Shown here in pieces: positions 56,125 through 64,000 of a DNA stretch of 64,000 bases. Source of the DNA: Thainema sp. Its GTDB lineage: Bacteria; Cyanobacteriota; Cyanobacteriia; Phormidesmidales; Phormidesmidaceae. The DNA is taken from the NCBI GenBank assembly GCA_052168235.1, contig JBQLZK010000028.1, forward strand, positions 18,827-82,826, written 5' to 3'. The first letter of the stretch is position 1. Each line of letters begins with the position of its first letter. The notes beneath the pieces were generated by a model that saw only the letters and a list, made by a program, of their open reading frames with translations, was not told the origin of the DNA and did not search any database. The position numbers and the translations under genes are program-made.

Positions 56125-56160
56125 GGGGGACTCGCGTGTTGGCGTGAGTCCTATTTTTTT
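56125..56160 (+). terminator. Intrinsic terminator-like hairpin
   Basis: GGACTCGCGT-GTTG-GCGTGAGTCC followed by TATTTTTTT. Confidence 0.6.
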
Positions 56161-56468
56161 GTTTGTACTTGCTCTGACTTGGCCGTTTTCCAAATCCACC
56201 AACCTGCGATACATAGCGTCACGTTGCCCACAACCGTCATCGCGGCCTGAAGCGTCACCAGCCAGTCTAGAGAATCCGGATTGTCAAAAAAGTGCCAGGT
56301 ACAGGCACACATAGCGCTGACCAATGCAGGCAGCATCCCAAAGGATAAGGCCCGCCAAGCTGTGTTGCCGCTAACGTTGCTGTATGTCCAAATCAGCCAA
56401 ATCGCGGCAATCCATTCAATCACGCTGGAAACGTGAATAATCCAAGTCGGAATCGATAAAGCATGCAT
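56151..56468 (-). CDS. ycf49: Ycf49 / DUF2499 family membrane protein
   Basis: MHALSIPTWIIHVSSVIEW.AA...MLPALVSAMCACTWHFFDN. Confidence 0.88.
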   Translation of the reverse strand: MHALSIPTWIIHVSSVIEWIAAIWLIWTYSNVSGNTAWRALSFGMLPALVSAMCACTWHFFDNPDSLDWLVTLQAAMTVVGNVTLCIAGWWIWKTAKSEQVQTKK

Positions 56469-56693
56469 ATCAGAACCAAAGATTAACCAACACGTTCAGT
56501 AGGGGCGGGTTTAGCAGTCAGTGCATCGATTAAACCCAAATTGATCAACAAAACCCGCCTTTACAACAGTACATACATTTCTACAGCATTTCCCAATCTG
56601 GCGAGATACACTCAATTAACGTTCGCAATCATCGGACTCAGGCATCCTATGCTACCAACCAAAATACTTCAAAGTCCCGGTGCATTGCGGTTG

Positions 56694-57332
56694 TTATGCT
56701 TCGCCACCACCTGAATCCCAATCTATATCATCCAAGGTCTTCAGGAGCAAATCTATGAATGCAATGATTGCTCCACCTACCTCTGGACTAGGATCTATAA
56801 TCCTGTGCGCGTAGGGATTGCGAAAAACAGCCATCATACCTGCATACAGATCACGATATGCCTTGAGTTGCTTATCATCAAGCTTGCTACCTAGCACTGG
56901 ATTCTTACCAGCAAAAATGATATTCACGATCCCTTCACCAGTAGCATCTCGATTGATCAATTCAGTCTTTCCAAGCTTTCTTAAACGTTCTTCCAAAACC
57001 ACTGTTGCTGTGCGAACTGCCTTGTCCCAGGCTTTGGGATCATCTCCACCAGAACTCAACGAAAAACGACATCTCTCCCACAATTCAGGATCTAAATGTT
57101 TAACTTCAGTGAGAGGTATCAAATGAGGAATTGCAGATAAGTCAGGATCACCTAAATCAGAGCCAGCCGCTTTATTCCTACCGATCTCTTGTTCCCGAAG
57201 ACTCAGCAAGAACTGTATTTTTCTATCGTATGCTTTTTCCGCATCAGGATCACCAAAACCACCGCCATTTTCTGTAAGTGATATGAGGTGTTCAAGCTCT
57301 TTATCTATATCCTCTATGGTTCTTCTTTCCAT
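56694..57332 (-). CDS. TIGR02391 (Ymh-like) domain protein, AT-rich
   Basis: L.PELW, AVR.A.VVLEERLR, LYAG.MAVFRNP.AH. Confidence 0.7.
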   Translation of the reverse strand: MERRTIEDIDKELEHLISLTENGGGFGDPDAEKAYDRKIQFLLSLREQEIGRNKAAGSDLGDPDLSAIPHLIPLTEVKHLDPELWERCRFSLSSGGDDPKAWDKAVRTATVVLEERLRKLGKTELINRDATGEGIVNIIFAGKNPVLGSKLDDKQLKAYRDLYAGMMAVFRNPYAHRIIDPSPEVGGAIIAFIDLLLKTLDDIDWDSGGGEA

Positions 57333-57527
57333 TGGTTCTCCAAGAAGCATAGTTTAGAAGCATAACAAGGGGCTTAAGCCCCCTGCCTGCACTGCACTAG
57401 AATAAAAAACGCTACATAACCGTCTCTAATCAAATTGGGCAAAACAGACAAGGCTGACGAAACCGTTGGGTGATGATTCCCCTGCAAGGTATTGTAAGGG
57501 GACAAGCGTAGAGAATGTTAGCGACCG

Positions 57528-58619
57528 ATGATGAGGGCAGTTTTGTGTGGCTATTACGGACAGGGCAATGGCGGTGACGAGGCGCTGTTGGCCTCGCTGC
57601 TGCAAATGTTGCCGTCTCACGTGGTGCCCGTGGTGCTATCCGGCAATCCCCAGCAAACCCGCGATCGCTATGGCGTAGATGCCGTGCCGCGCAAGTCGGC
57701 CTTTCAGGTTTTGCAAGCCCTACGGCAGGCCGATGTTTTTATCTGGGGCGGCGGCAGTTTGATGCAGGACAGCACCAGCGTCCTCAATCCGGTGTACTAC
57801 GGCGGTCTGATGGGATTAGCCCAGCGTATGGGATTGCGCTCCATTGCCTGGGCGCAAGGCGTTGGCCCCCTGCGGCGTTCCACCTCACGCTGGATTACTC
57901 AGCAGGCTTTGCGCGGTTGTCGCGCTGTCAGCGTGCGCGATCAGCAATCGGCAGAAATCCTAGCCAACTGGGGCGTTCCCTTCTGGCTGGCTCCCGATCC
58001 GGTCTGGGCACTTGAAGCCGAACCGCTGCCGGGACTGTGGGATTTACCCGCGCCACGAGTGGCAGTCTGTCTGCGATCGCACCCCTGGCTCACCCCTGAT
58101 CGGTTGGAACTGATTACTCAGGCGTTAGTTACCTTTCAGCAAGCTACGCAAACCTGCATTCTACTCATCCCATTTCAGCCCGTGCAGGATACTGCGATCG
58201 CGGAATTCATTCAGGCCAAGTTAAAAGGGCCAAGCAAGATTTTGCCTGTGGAGCAGCCGCGCCAGTTGAAAGGGGTGTTTCGCGGTGTGGAAATGACGAT
58301 TGGGATGCGCTTTCATGCCCTGGTAATGGGAGCGGCAGAAGGCTGTCGCTGCGTGGGATTGAGCTATGATCCAAAGGTGACACAGCTCATGCGATCGCTC
58401 AATCTCAAGGGCTGGGATTTGAATCCCAAGGGTTCAGCTCAGTCCAGTTCGAAAGACGATTGGCACCTGCCATTATTACCGACAACGGCAACTGACCTTA
58501 GTCAAGCCTGGATTGAGTTCTATGCCAATGGCAATCCGCTTACCGATGATCAAATTCAATCCCTCGTGGATCGGGCACTGATGCATCAGGATTTACTGAA
58601 AGAAGCGCTACATTTGTAG
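57528..58619 (+). CDS. csaB: Polysaccharide pyruvyl transferase CsaB
   Basis: LCGYYG.GNGGDEALL, WGGGSLMQD.TS, WAQGVGPL, SVRD, APDPVW, GMRFH, SYDPKV. Confidence 0.93.
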   Translation: MMRAVLCGYYGQGNGGDEALLASLLQMLPSHVVPVVLSGNPQQTRDRYGVDAVPRKSAFQVLQALRQADVFIWGGGSLMQDSTSVLNPVYYGGLMGLAQRMGLRSIAWAQGVGPLRRSTSRWITQQALRGCRAVSVRDQQSAEILANWGVPFWLAPDPVWALEAEPLPGLWDLPAPRVAVCLRSHPWLTPDRLELITQALVTFQQATQTCILLIPFQPVQDTAIAEFIQAKLKGPSKILPVEQPRQLKGVFRGVEMTIGMRFHALVMGAAEGCRCVGLSYDPKVTQLMRSLNLKGWDLNPKGSAQSSSKDDWHLPLLPTTATDLSQAWIEFYANGNPLTDDQIQSLVDRALMHQDLLKEALHL

Positions 58620-58630
58620 TATTTGATATT

Positions 58631-58731
58631 CTCACATCTTGCACTAAAACCCGAAGAGGTTGTTTTGCCGCCGCATCGCGGCGGCAAAACAACCTCTTCG
58701 GGTTTTCAAAGTGCAAGGTGCAAGATGTGAG
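58631..58731. mobile_element. MITE of the same family as 53531, inverted, with 5-bp TSD (ATATT)
   Basis: CTCACATCTTGCAC ... GTGCAAGATGTGAG flanked by ATATT; large internal palindrome. Confidence 0.85.
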
Positions 58732-58751
58732 ATATTCAGATTTCCCGGCCC

Positions 58752-59181
58752 ATGATGGTCATTCTTGCGTTGCTGCTTGGCTTGCTGGGTGCAGCCATTT
58801 TTCTAATCATTTGCAGAGTTGTGACGCCTGAGACTCAGACTCAAACGCTTGCAGTAGGACTGATGGTTGCTGCATTCATCTACATTGGTTTTGCAATTCT
58901 AGGCCAAGCAAGCGCAGCATGGATCTCCGTAGAAGTAGCTGGCATAGCGATATACGGTTTATTTGCCGTTTTGGGACTGTACTCCTCACGCTGGTGGCTG
59001 ATGGTCGGTTGGCTGCTCCATCCCGTCTGGGATCTGGGACTCCACTTTTATGAGCGCAGTGCAAGCTTTGCGCCAGCCTGGTACGTTTTGATGTGCCTCA
59101 GCTTTGATCTTGCTGGTCGCAGCGTACATCGGTGGAATGCAGTTTGGATTATTCAAATTAAAGACAGTTGATCCGCTGTAA
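58752..59181 (+). pseudogene. DUF6010-like membrane protein with a probable +1 frameshift near its 3' end
   Basis: A.IYIGFA, GWLLH..WD..LH, P.WY...C.SFD; removing one base near 59108 continues LLVAAYIGG. Confidence 0.55.
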
Positions 59182-59550
59182 ATCTTACAAGACGGTAATT
59201 CAAGGCAGCGGAGCACTCAAATCTAGATTAGCCAGAGTGCGATCGCTGGTAACCTTTTCTTTGATAACTAGTATTTCGCGTCATCTTTTGGTTATAAGCC
59301 TTTAGTTTATTGCATAAAAAATATCGAAATGAGCCAGTGTTCAAGGCGTTAACTTGCTAAAGAATGATGAGAGAGTAAATCTTCTGAATCTTTAGAACCA
59401 AGCCTTCTCTGACAATAGTGACAGATTAAATAAAAGCTTACTTTACTGCTCTTTCGACGGATGGGAAAACAGTTTGAGATTGCAAACATGAAAGTACCAG
59501 AAAAGGCAGAAACTTATCTGCTTTTTCATGTTGATTACTAAACAATTTTC

Positions 59551-60405
59551 ATGTTCTACCATAAAAAACGCCTGCAATATTTCACCAAGCCAGAAAATCC
59601 AGATCCCGTTTACGCTAAGCAGCTACAAGAGCTGATCGGTGGGCCTTTTGGTGAAATGTCGGTGATGATGCAGTACCTGTTCCAAGGCTGGAATTGCCGT
59701 GGTCCTGCAAAGTACAAAGATATGATGCTGGACATCGGTACCGAAGAAATTGGTCACATTGAAATGTTGGCTAATTTGATCGCGCATCTAGTGGATAAAG
59801 CACCACCGGATGTTCAAGAAAAGTCTGCCGCTGACCCAATTGTTGAAGGGGTCATGGGCGGTATGAATGCTAAAGATATCATCATGGCAAGTATGAATCC
59901 CAAACATGCTGTGATGTCTGGCGGCGGCGCTTTACCGGCTGACAGTGTGGGATATCCCTGGAACGGAAACTACATTGTGGCTTCTGGTAATTTGATGGCT
60001 GACTTCTTCTCAAATGTGCAAGCTGAAGCGCAGGGTCGTCTACAGGCGGTACGTCTGTATGAGATGGCGACTGATCCCGGTGTAAAAGATACGCTGAGCT
60101 ACATGATTGCTCGCGATACCATGCACCAAAACCAGTGGTTAGCGGCGATCGAAGAACTAAAAGCAGATGGATTAGAGAATCTGCCTGTTCCCAGCCGATT
60201 CCCGCAGTCACAGGAGAAGCAGGACGCGTCTTATACGTTCTGGAACTTGTCTGAAGGCACTGAAAGCCAGCAGGGACGCTGGGCTAAAGGAACCGCTCCT
60301 GATGGCAAGGGTGAATTTAAGTATCTGGAAAACCCAGAGCCTCAAGGCCCTGCCGCAGAAGCACCCAAGCCGAATCCCAAACTCTACTCCACTCCTAAGC
60401 AATAG
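59551..60405 (+). CDS. Manganese catalase
   Basis: MFYH.K.LQY, LQE.IGG.FGE, MQYLFQG, IGTEEIGH.E, N..AE...R, L.YMIARDTMHQNQW. Confidence 0.93.
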   Translation: MFYHKKRLQYFTKPENPDPVYAKQLQELIGGPFGEMSVMMQYLFQGWNCRGPAKYKDMMLDIGTEEIGHIEMLANLIAHLVDKAPPDVQEKSAADPIVEGVMGGMNAKDIIMASMNPKHAVMSGGGALPADSVGYPWNGNYIVASGNLMADFFSNVQAEAQGRLQAVRLYEMATDPGVKDTLSYMIARDTMHQNQWLAAIEELKADGLENLPVPSRFPQSQEKQDASYTFWNLSEGTESQQGRWAKGTAPDGKGEFKYLENPEPQGPAAEAPKPNPKLYSTPKQ

Positions 60406-60442
60406 AGAGTAGAACGTCTTTTTTAGGGTGCTTAATGACCTC

Positions 60443-60484
60443 AAGAGGGAGGAGTTTGCTGCGTCGCAGCAGCTCCTCCCTCTT
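60443..60484 (+). terminator. Terminator-like hairpin after the Mn catalase gene
   Basis: AAGAGGGAGGAGTTTGCTGC-GTC-GCAGCAGCTCCTCCCTCTT. Confidence 0.7.
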
Positions 60485-60733
60485 GATTTAAGAATCATAG
60501 AGTCGTAGTTTAGGAAGCTCTACAGGTACGCTGCGCCAAAGCGATCGCAAAACCTAACAGATTCATTACCGATATCGAGTTTCGCAAACTCAACCCACCG
60601 CAAGAAACTAAAACCCCTCCTCAATTCCCTTTACAGCCTTTACAACCTCTACAGCCTCTACAGCCCTTCGCCCTCCTTGTAGTATGCTGTATTATATTAA
60701 TTGAACGTCCCGTCAACTGGAGTTCATGTGGTG

Positions 60734-61237
60734 ATGCAAATTGAACCGTATGCTCCTCACTACCTTGATGTTGTGATTGGTCTGTCGCTGCGGGCATGGA
60801 CGCCAGTCTTTGATTCAATTCGGCAAGCGCTGAATCCAGAGGTGTACCAGGCATTCTATGTCGATGGTTGGCAGATGAGTCAGCAAAAGGCTGTCGAGGA
60901 TGTCTGTGCGGCGGAAGACATCCATGTATGGGTTGCGATCTCATCTGGCTCTGGTTCTTCCAATTCTCCAAATTCCGTCGTTGGTTTTATTGCCGTAAAG
61001 CTCCACCAAGAGGACAATATGGGCGAAATTTACATGGTGGCAGTCGATCCGGACGCTCAGGGACAGGGCATTGGCAGCGCTCTAATCGAGTTTGCGCTGG
61101 ACTGGATGAAGAACGCTGGAATGTCAATTGCAATGGTCGAAACAGGCGGCGATCCTGGTCATGCTCCAGCGCGTCATACTTACGAAAAGGTTGGTTTTGA
61201 GCTGTTTCCAGTCGCTCGATACTTCAAAAAGCTGTAG
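60734..61237 (+). CDS. GNAT family N-acetyltransferase
   Basis: EIYMVAVDPDAQGQGIGSALI, HAPAR.TYEK.GF. Confidence 0.9.
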   Translation: MQIEPYAPHYLDVVIGLSLRAWTPVFDSIRQALNPEVYQAFYVDGWQMSQQKAVEDVCAAEDIHVWVAISSGSGSSNSPNSVVGFIAVKLHQEDNMGEIYMVAVDPDAQGQGIGSALIEFALDWMKNAGMSIAMVETGGDPGHAPARHTYEKVGFELFPVARYFKKL

Positions 61238-61281
61238 GTCATCACCTTGAAGGCTCAACGTATAAAGACATGGTTAACGAA

Positions 61282-61558
61282 ATGCGATCGCGGCCAGAAA
61301 TACTAAAGCTCGCTCACCAGAATGGTTTGAGCATTCAAGCAGATTCGCTGCAATTCAACGAGTCGGGTCTTGATTTTCAGGTTGCGTTAGCGACGGACGC
61401 TGAGGGAGATCGCTGGGTTTTGTGGCTTCCGCGCCGCACCGATGTTCTGCCGTCAGTCGAGAAGGAACAACGAACGCTGGAACTGGTTGCGCCACTGCTC
61501 GCTGTAGAAGCACCACGATGGACGATTTGCACAGATGAACTGATTAATCTGCGATCGC
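61282..61558 (+). pseudogene. mph: N-terminal fragment of a macrolide 2'-phosphotransferase (Mph-like)
   Basis: LA.Q.GL......L.FNESGLDFQV..A.D..G.RWVL.LPRR.DV......E.R.L.L.....AV.AP.W.I.T.ELI, then similarity stops; no kinase core. Confidence 0.7.
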
Positions 61559-61650
61559 ACAAAAGATTAAGGCTTGACTGTTGCCATGACTAACTTGTCC
61601 TAGCGCTAACGTAGAGTTAAATCATGCGTTGAGCGCAGTGGAGAACGATC

Positions 61651-62994
61651 ATGGTGAGCCAACTACCGAACTGCATCACTAGCCCACCTTGGTGGCAGCT
61701 GATTAAGTGGATTGCCGATCCAATTGGGTTTCAAGACCAATACAGCCAGCAGTATGGCGATATATTCACAATGCGGCTGGGTCAAATTGCGACCTGTGTT
61801 GTCACGGGAGATCCGCAAGTTATTCAGGAGATTTTTAGCCAGAGTGCCAAATTTGATGTGGGTCGAGGTAATGCACTGGCTGAACCGCTGGTTGGGTCAA
61901 ATTCGCTGATGCTGCTGGATGGCGAGCGCCATCGACGCGAGCGAAAATTGCTGATGCCGCCGTTTCATGGGGAACGGCTACAGACCTATGCGCAGCAGAT
62001 TTGCTTGATTACGGAACAAGTGGCAGCGCAGTGGCAGGTTGGTCAACCCTTCGTTGCACGAACGGCGATGCAGAAGATTAGCCTGGAGGTGATTTTGCAG
62101 GTGGTCTTTGGCTTGAGCACCGGGGAACGGTATGAACAGCTCAAGCCTCTGCTAGCCGACTGGCTCAATATGACCGATTCTCCACTGCGATCGAGCGTCC
62201 TGTTTTTGCGGTTTCTCCAGCAAGACTGGGGCGCTTGGACACCGTGGGGCGGCATGAGACGGCGACAGCGTCAGGTTCATGAGCTGCTGCAAGCCGAAAT
62301 TGATGAACGGCGATCGCAAGGTAAGGAAGGCGGAACAGATGTGCTCAGCCTGATGATGGCGGCGCGGGATGAAAATGGGCAGGCGATGGCCGATGCGGAA
62401 CTGCGAGATGAGCTGCTGACAATCTTGTTTGCTGGGCATGAAACCACGGCTACAACGCTTGCCTGGGCGTTCTATCAAATTCATCGACATGCAGATGTGC
62501 TGGAAAAACTGCTGCACGAATTAGACAGCCTGGGAGACAATCCAGCACCGTTAGATATTGCGAAGCTTCCTTATCTATCAGCCGTCTGTCAGGAAACGCT
62601 GCGCATGTATCCGGTTATCCCGATCCTCTTCCCTCGCATCACGAAGTCGTCTATGAAAATTGCCGGACACCAGTTTGATGCTGAAACGACGCTGATGCCG
62701 AGTATTTATCTGGTGCATTATCGCGAGGATCTCTATCCCAATCCTCAGCAGTTCAAGCCAGAGCGGTTTTTTGAGCGTGAATATTCCCCGTCTGAATATT
62801 TACCATTTGGCGGCGGCAATCGTCGCTGTTTGGGCTATGCCCTGGCTCAGCTAGAAATGAAGCTGGTTCTGGCGACGATTTTGGCTCAGTATCAACTGGC
62901 CCTAGGGGAGAATAAACCTGTGAAGCTACAGCGACGAGGCTTCACGCTGGCACCTGCGGGTGGAGTGCCGCTGGTAATGACCGGAAAACGATGA
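61651..62994 (+). CDS. Cytochrome P450 (CYP110-like)
   Basis: [34 protein letters not shown] heme motif. Confidence 0.95.
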   Translation: MVSQLPNCITSPPWWQLIKWIADPIGFQDQYSQQYGDIFTMRLGQIATCVVTGDPQVIQEIFSQSAKFDVGRGNALAEPLVGSNSLMLLDGERHRRERKLLMPPFHGERLQTYAQQICLITEQVAAQWQVGQPFVARTAMQKISLEVILQVVFGLSTGERYEQLKPLLADWLNMTDSPLRSSVLFLRFLQQDWGAWTPWGGMRRRQRQVHELLQAEIDERRSQGKEGGTDVLSLMMAARDENGQAMADAELRDELLTILFAGHETTATTLAWAFYQIHRHADVLEKLLHELDSLGDNPAPLDIAKLPYLSAVCQETLRMYPVIPILFPRITKSSMKIAGHQFDAETTLMPSIYLVHYREDLYPNPQQFKPERFFEREYSPSEYLPFGGGNRRCLGYALAQLEMKLVLATILAQYQLALGENKPVKLQRRGFTLAPAGGVPLVMTGKR

Positions 62995-63098
62995 AATAAG
63001 TATATTTTCGTGATGCGATCGCGACTTTGAGGATGCAATCAGGATGCGATCGCATGTTGAAACGTTGGCGAAAACATGAGAAAAAGCAGGACACCTAA

Positions 63099-63920
63099 AT
63101 GCCGTGGCAACTTGATCAGCGTGTAATAACCAGTGCAGGTGCGATCGCGGCGGGTACGGCTGGCGACGGGCCTGCTCTAGTCTTAGCGCATGGATGGCCG
63201 TGGTCTTCTTTTTCATGGCATCGCGTTATCCCCGGACTAGAACAGCACTTCCACGTCCATTGGTATGACATGCCCGGCTACGGCAAATCCGCCAAAACAG
63301 ATAATCAGCGAACATCACTGGATTTACAAGGGCAGATTTTTGCTGAGATGGTTGAGCATTGGGGACTGGAGCGCCCTTTGGTCATCGCGCATGATTTCGG
63401 AGGCGCAACGACTCTCCGTGCTCACTTGCTGCACGGGTGTGAGTTTGAGCGATACGTTTTAATGAATGTTGTTGCTATGCGTCCCTGGGGTTCAGAATTT
63501 TTCGACCATGTGGGTCGTCACGTCGATGCGTTTCTTGGACTCCCCCCACATATCCATCAGGCTGTCGTCAGAGCCTATATCGAAGGTGCGTTGGTCAACG
63601 ATATCGACTGTGCCGATCTAGAACAGCTGATCGAGCCTTGGCTGTCGGAAGCTGGTCGCAAGAGCTTTTATCGGCAGTTCGCGCAGGCTGATGAAAAGTA
63701 CACAGCTGAAATCGAGCCATTATTCGGAGATGTGCGCTGCCCCATAAAAATTCTGTGGGGCAAAGATGATCCCTGGATTCCGCTCCAGCGAGGAGAAGCA
63801 CTGCATTCTCTCATCCATCATGCGTCGTTTAAGACATTGGACAATGTGGGCCATCTGCCCCAGTTGGAGGCCCCACAAGTTGTCTTAGACGAAGTGGTCG
63901 ATTTTTTGTTGGACAAATAG
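63099..63920 (+). CDS. Alpha/beta fold hydrolase (epoxide hydrolase/dehalogenase-like)
   Basis: HGWPWSS, DMPGYG.S, AHDFGG nucleophile elbow, LWG.DD, GHLPQLEAP. Confidence 0.9.
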   Translation: MPWQLDQRVITSAGAIAAGTAGDGPALVLAHGWPWSSFSWHRVIPGLEQHFHVHWYDMPGYGKSAKTDNQRTSLDLQGQIFAEMVEHWGLERPLVIAHDFGGATTLRAHLLHGCEFERYVLMNVVAMRPWGSEFFDHVGRHVDAFLGLPPHIHQAVVRAYIEGALVNDIDCADLEQLIEPWLSEAGRKSFYRQFAQADEKYTAEIEPLFGDVRCPIKILWGKDDPWIPLQRGEALHSLIHHASFKTLDNVGHLPQLEAPQVVLDEVVDFLLDK

Positions 63921-64000
63921 CGGCTGCAGATAATGGCTGTTGCACTAGTGGTTAGTCAAGAATTAATTGACGGGTAAAGTCGTTTCAACTTAATGCGTGC

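Noticed and set aside
1..64000. High HIP1 frequency as a novelty in itself; tRNA, rRNA or transposase genes
   Set aside because: HIP1 abundance is a well-known cyanobacterial trait; I recognised no structural RNA genes or transposases by eye, though a covariance scan was not possible

Overview
Chromosomal window from a cyanobacterium, probably Leptolyngbya/Nodosilinea-like. The inference rests on dense HIP1 GCGATCGC octamers and on psb35-like, xisI, ycf49, cp12, hox and csaB genes. Region 1-14 kb is accessory DNA built from toxin-antitoxin cassettes and AT-rich orphan genes, with junctions that fall on HIP1-containing repeats. It includes an array with a repeated 47-bp double-HIP1 spacer, a MITE-disrupted vapC, a replaced DUF3368 toxin and an HNH-plus-membrane gene pair. 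Region 14-23 kb holds clpP, a BlaI/M56 pair, NDH-2, a TPR kinase and a GH9 glycosidase. Region 23.5-47.2 kb is a co-directional anaerobic/fermentative cluster: hoxE-hoxF-adhE-MDR-hoxU-hoxY-cp12-hoxH-[2Fe-2S]-PAS-SpoIIE-hoxW-hypA-hypB-hypF-hypC-PFOR-DHOD-like-hypD. Its most striking part is a three-gene module resembling the Firmicute hfsA/hydS/hfsC H2-sensing module without the [FeFe]-hydrogenase domain, placed next to a [NiFe] hydrogenase. Region 47-64 kb holds housekeeping and stress genes (era, yjbQ-like, MscS, csaB, Mn catalase, P450) mixed with MITEs, REP-like palindromes and pseudogene fragments. I saw no rRNA, tRNA, CRISPR array or transposase. Family assignments come from motif recognition, not from database searches.
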